This document shows, one piece after another, positions 61,183-64,000 of a DNA stretch of 64,000 nt. How positions within the stretch are numbered: position 1 is the first letter of the stretch; every line of letters begins with the position of its first letter. The translations under genes were made by a program, and so were the position numbers. The notes beneath the pieces are model-generated. The model saw only the letters and a list, made by a program, of their open reading frames with translations. It had not been told where the DNA came from and did no database searches. Origin of the DNA: a virus; IMG/VR virus record IMGVR_UViG_3300021493_000001. One strand, written 5' to 3'.

Positions 61183-62137
61183 CCTCCTCTTCTTCTCCTT
61201 GCCTTAATATTTCCTTCAATTGTCCTCTATGATGACAATCCTCTAAATGAACCAAACGGCCATTTTCTTCAAACTTTAAATAAATCTCTTTGCCTTCTGT
61301 GTAATATTCACTTTGCCGAACTTTTGTAAATTGCAAAATTGGATATTCTTTCCGTTTATCTTCACCATCATACAGGATTTCAAAACCGTAAGCAGGCCGT
61401 TGGAGTGAGCTTTCCCTGCCATAAGGTTTTAACTTCCCGTATTCTTCTTTGGCTTGCCAAAATAAAAAGATTAGGTTTTTATGTCCTTCTTGTAGTTTGC
61501 GAATGAACTTGTTTACTCTGTCATACCTGCCTGTCAAATCCGCCCAGTCCCAGATGATTATGCTGTTTTTACTTATTGCAAGGGGTTTCATAAATGGGTC
61601 TGTAATAGGGATAAACCTAATCTTCCCTTGTTCTTCCCATTCAATCATTTGTTCTACATCAACTAACTTAGCAAACCTGTAAGCAATATTTTCTTTGCAT
61701 TCAGAATAGTAATAATGAACAGGCAATCCTTTTTGCAGGTAAAAAAGAGCTATGTTTATAGCAAAGTAACTCTTACCCTGCCCATAACTCGCATAAATTA
61801 AGATGATGTCTGATGGAAACAACAAACATTTATATCCAATGCCAAATGGTAAGGGTATCTTTAATTCAGGTTTTAACATATCTTGGAAGGAAGTGGGTGT
61901 GGTATGCTTGATGATGCGATAATCCCTTGAATTGACTTTCTCTACTTTGCCAAACTCAACAGCCTTGTTCAATATCTTATATGCCGTTGAATATTGGTTG
62001 CTACTTAACCCAAGAGTTTGCATCATCTCTTTTATAGTAAAAACAAATTCACCGTCATAGTCTTGGAAACTGTCTAAATACTCCAAGACCAACTTTAAAA
62101 CAGAACCCTTCTGCGCCGTTCCAGACTTAATGGACAT
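61175..62137 (-). CDS. Winged-helix plus RecA-fold ATPase (replication helicase/initiator-like)
   Basis: N-terminal wHTH; YASYGQGKS Walker A; IIIWD Walker B; FWQ. Confidence 0.7.
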   Translation of the reverse strand: MSIKSGTAQKGSVLKLVLEYLDSFQDYDGEFVFTIKEMMQTLGLSSNQYSTAYKILNKAVEFGKVEKVNSRDYRIIKHTTPTSFQDMLKPELKIPLPFGIGYKCLLFPSDIILIYASYGQGKSYFAINIALFYLQKGLPVHYYYSECKENIAYRFAKLVDVEQMIEWEEQGKIRFIPITDPFMKPLAISKNSIIIWDWADLTGRYDRVNKFIRKLQEGHKNLIFLFWQAKEEYGKLKPYGRESSLQRPAYGFEILYDGEDKRKEYPILQFTKVRQSEYYTEGKEIYLKFEENGRLVHLEDCHHRGQLKEILRQGEEEEDE

Positions 62138-63175
62138 TTATCCTTCCTGTCTGGTTGAGGAGACGGATTGCTTCCTAGCTACTCTCTCGGCAAGAAGTTT
62201 GATATTAATTGCTCCAATTATATCAGCATCTTCCTTATGCCCACAGCCAATACAATGAAACAATTCTCCTTGCCGATTCGCTTTATCAGTTAATCCACAT
62301 AACGGGCAAGTAATGGAAGTATTACATGGATTAACCTTTATTACCCCAAAACCTTTGAGGCTTGAAAGCTCCATCAATTTCTTTGCCAACCATTTATATG
62401 GCCAATTATTATTATCTCTCCTAAATTTTTTAGTTCTATTTTTCTTGCCTTTAAACAATAAATCCTCAACAGCAAAATCAGTATCAGGATAAAGCTTTAT
62501 TAGCTCTTTAGCATAGTGATTAAGCCATTGTTTAGTAGGTGATAAACAATGCTTATAAGTCCTCCATTTCGTTCTTATTTTTAAGCCTTTCAATTCTTTA
62601 CCTAAAACTTTACCATCAGAAGTTACAATCGGTTTATTTAAACCTACATCAATGCCGATAATATTTTTATTCTCTTGTTTAATTTCGGGAAACTCCACAA
62701 AGCATTGCATATAATAATTGCCATTGATTTTCAATAATTTAAAGCTCCTTCTTAATTTTCCTTTATTAACTGCTTCGTTAAAGATTTTAGTCCGTTTACA
62801 AGGCAGAATTATCCTTTTTCTTGGTGTAGTAGAAATTACTTTAAACCAAATATTGAACTCCTTTGTTTTAAATTCAGGAATAATATAGGCACTAAACTGA
62901 TTTAAATCTATTTCCTTGCCTTTGAAATATGGCCTTTCCTTTTGTTTGGTTTTTTTTGCACCTTTAACTATTTGCCAAGCTTTTTGAGAAGCATCCCTAA
63001 CAAGTCTTCCACCCCTGCAATATTCTTTAGGAGGATATGAACCTTTTATGTCTTTAAATGTCCAAAACAGCTTTATTTTGTGATTTACTTGGTCTTGCCA
63101 AAAAGCAATAAGTTTATTTAGTTCCTTGATTTTATTTTTATTTGCATAAATTTTTAGTTTGTAAGATTTAATCAT
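62138..63175 (-). mobile_element. tnpB: TnpB RNA-guided endonuclease (IS200/IS605 family), no TnpA
   Basis: RuvC GIDVG, AVEDL, DADIIGAINI; zinc ribbon CPLC...CIGC; 345 aa. Confidence 0.9.
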
Positions 63176-63242
63176 AATTTACCTTACTTGATTATAAAAT
63201 TAATAAATGTTTTAACCATTCAGTTCAAGCCCAGATGCCACT

Positions 63243-63395
63243 TTAGTCTTTGATTTTAAAATACTGCTTCAATGCCTGCCTGATTATGTAGCTCCGATTG
63301 ACATCTTTCTTTTCGCACTCCTTGTCAATCCTTACCAAGTAATCAAGAGGTAAGGAAACAGTTACCGTGGTATTTCTTCCTCGTTGCATTTTCAT
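63243..63395 (-). CDS. Ribbon-helix-helix (CopG-like) protein
   Basis: Hand-translated ...VTVSLPLDYLVRIDKECEKKDVNRSYIIRQALKQYF; ATGA overlap. Confidence 0.8.
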   Translation of the reverse strand: MKMQRGRNTTVTVSLPLDYLVRIDKECEKKDVNRSYIIRQALKQYFKIKD

Positions 63396-63778
63396 TTTGT
63401 TCCTCCTGTAAATTGTTTTATACTAAATATACCAAAATGGTATGCTTGTCGTATATGGTGTAATTGTCTTTCATCCAATACCATTAAGAACTTCCCTGTG
63501 TCTGTATCAAAGTCTGTATCAAACATTATACCTTTCAATGTTATATCTGCAATTTCCCATACTTCAAATCCATTTTCTTCTATTTCTTGAGCAATTAGTT
63601 TCATAATCTCATACAATATTTTTACTCTTGTCGCACGCTTTATTTCTTCTTCAAATTGTGCATACACATATTTATTGAATGTTTCTATTGTTTTAAGAGC
63701 AAATATTCTTTCAATACTAACACCAAAACTTTCATCTCTAATTTTCAAATCCAAATAATCATCTATTTTCTTACTCAT
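63392..63778 (-). CDS. Hypothetical protein
   Basis: AAGGAG upstream. Confidence 0.65.
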   Translation of the reverse strand: MSKKIDDYLDLKIRDESFGVSIERIFALKTIETFNKYVYAQFEEEIKRATRVKILYEIMKLIAQEIEENGFEVWEIADITLKGIMFDTDFDTDTGKFLMVLDERQLHHIRQAYHFGIFSIKQFTGGTK

Positions 63779-63859
63779 AAACTCTCCTTTATTGAAATAA
63801 GTTTTTCTTGTATTTCAAGTTTGCTTAATAAATTGAAATAATGTTTATTCTTCATCTCC

Positions 63860-64000
63860 TTATCCCTTAATTTTCTTTAACTCCATTGGATGCAAATAAA
63901 ATACATTATCACCTATCTCTACTTTAACTTTGACTACTATGTTAGAAAAGGACAGAAGTTGAATTACTTTTGCCGTTTTCCCTACAATATCAAATGTTTC
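63860..64000 (-). CDS. Partial small protein resembling 54869-55060
   Basis: ...IVGKTAKVI...VKVEIGDNVFYLHPMELKKI resembles ...ICGEEAIVV...VRVEVPNRGKFYLLLSEVEKI. Confidence 0.5.
   Translation of the reverse strand, partial: ETFDIVGKTAKVIQLLSFSNIVVKVKVEIGDNVFYLHPMELKKIKG

Noticed and set aside
1-64000. Integrated prophage, tRNA or rRNA genes
   Set aside because: No integrase, att-like junction, host housekeeping genes or cloverleaf sequences were recognised; lifestyle cannot be determined from this window

Overview
About 64 kb of an AT-rich tailed bacteriophage genome, probably a siphovirus (tail tube, chaperones with a G-GGG-GAA frameshift site, a 1714-aa tape measure, no sheath). Sigma70-type promoters and AGGAGG ribosome-binding sites indicate a bacterial host. 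Two minus-strand early/replication arms (1-14.6 kb and 54.66-64 kb) flank one plus-strand late operon (14.69-54.63 kb) running from terminase to tail and accessory genes. No integrase, DNA polymerase, tRNA, rRNA, CRISPR array or recognisable endolysin was seen. The main finding is a 1676-aa gene between portal and capsid protease. It joins ASCH-like, metallo-beta-lactamase, nucleotidyltransferase, ATP-dependent ligase, NifX-like and two LigD-phosphoesterase-like domains. Most of its linkers carry the same hydrophobic-x-E-[A/S] motif that recurs through the scaffold of the protease-scaffold-capsid fusion, suggesting a head-packaged enzyme polyprotein cut by the prohead protease. Other highlights: a Com-like zinc finger before a structured capsid leader, sulfotransferase-methyltransferase and GT9 genes inside the virion operon, two Dit paralogues, a NAL1-like protease, a solo TnpB, orphan antitoxins, and a 9.2-11.65 kb control region with three distinct repeat arrays. 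All family calls come from reading motifs by eye, not from database searches.
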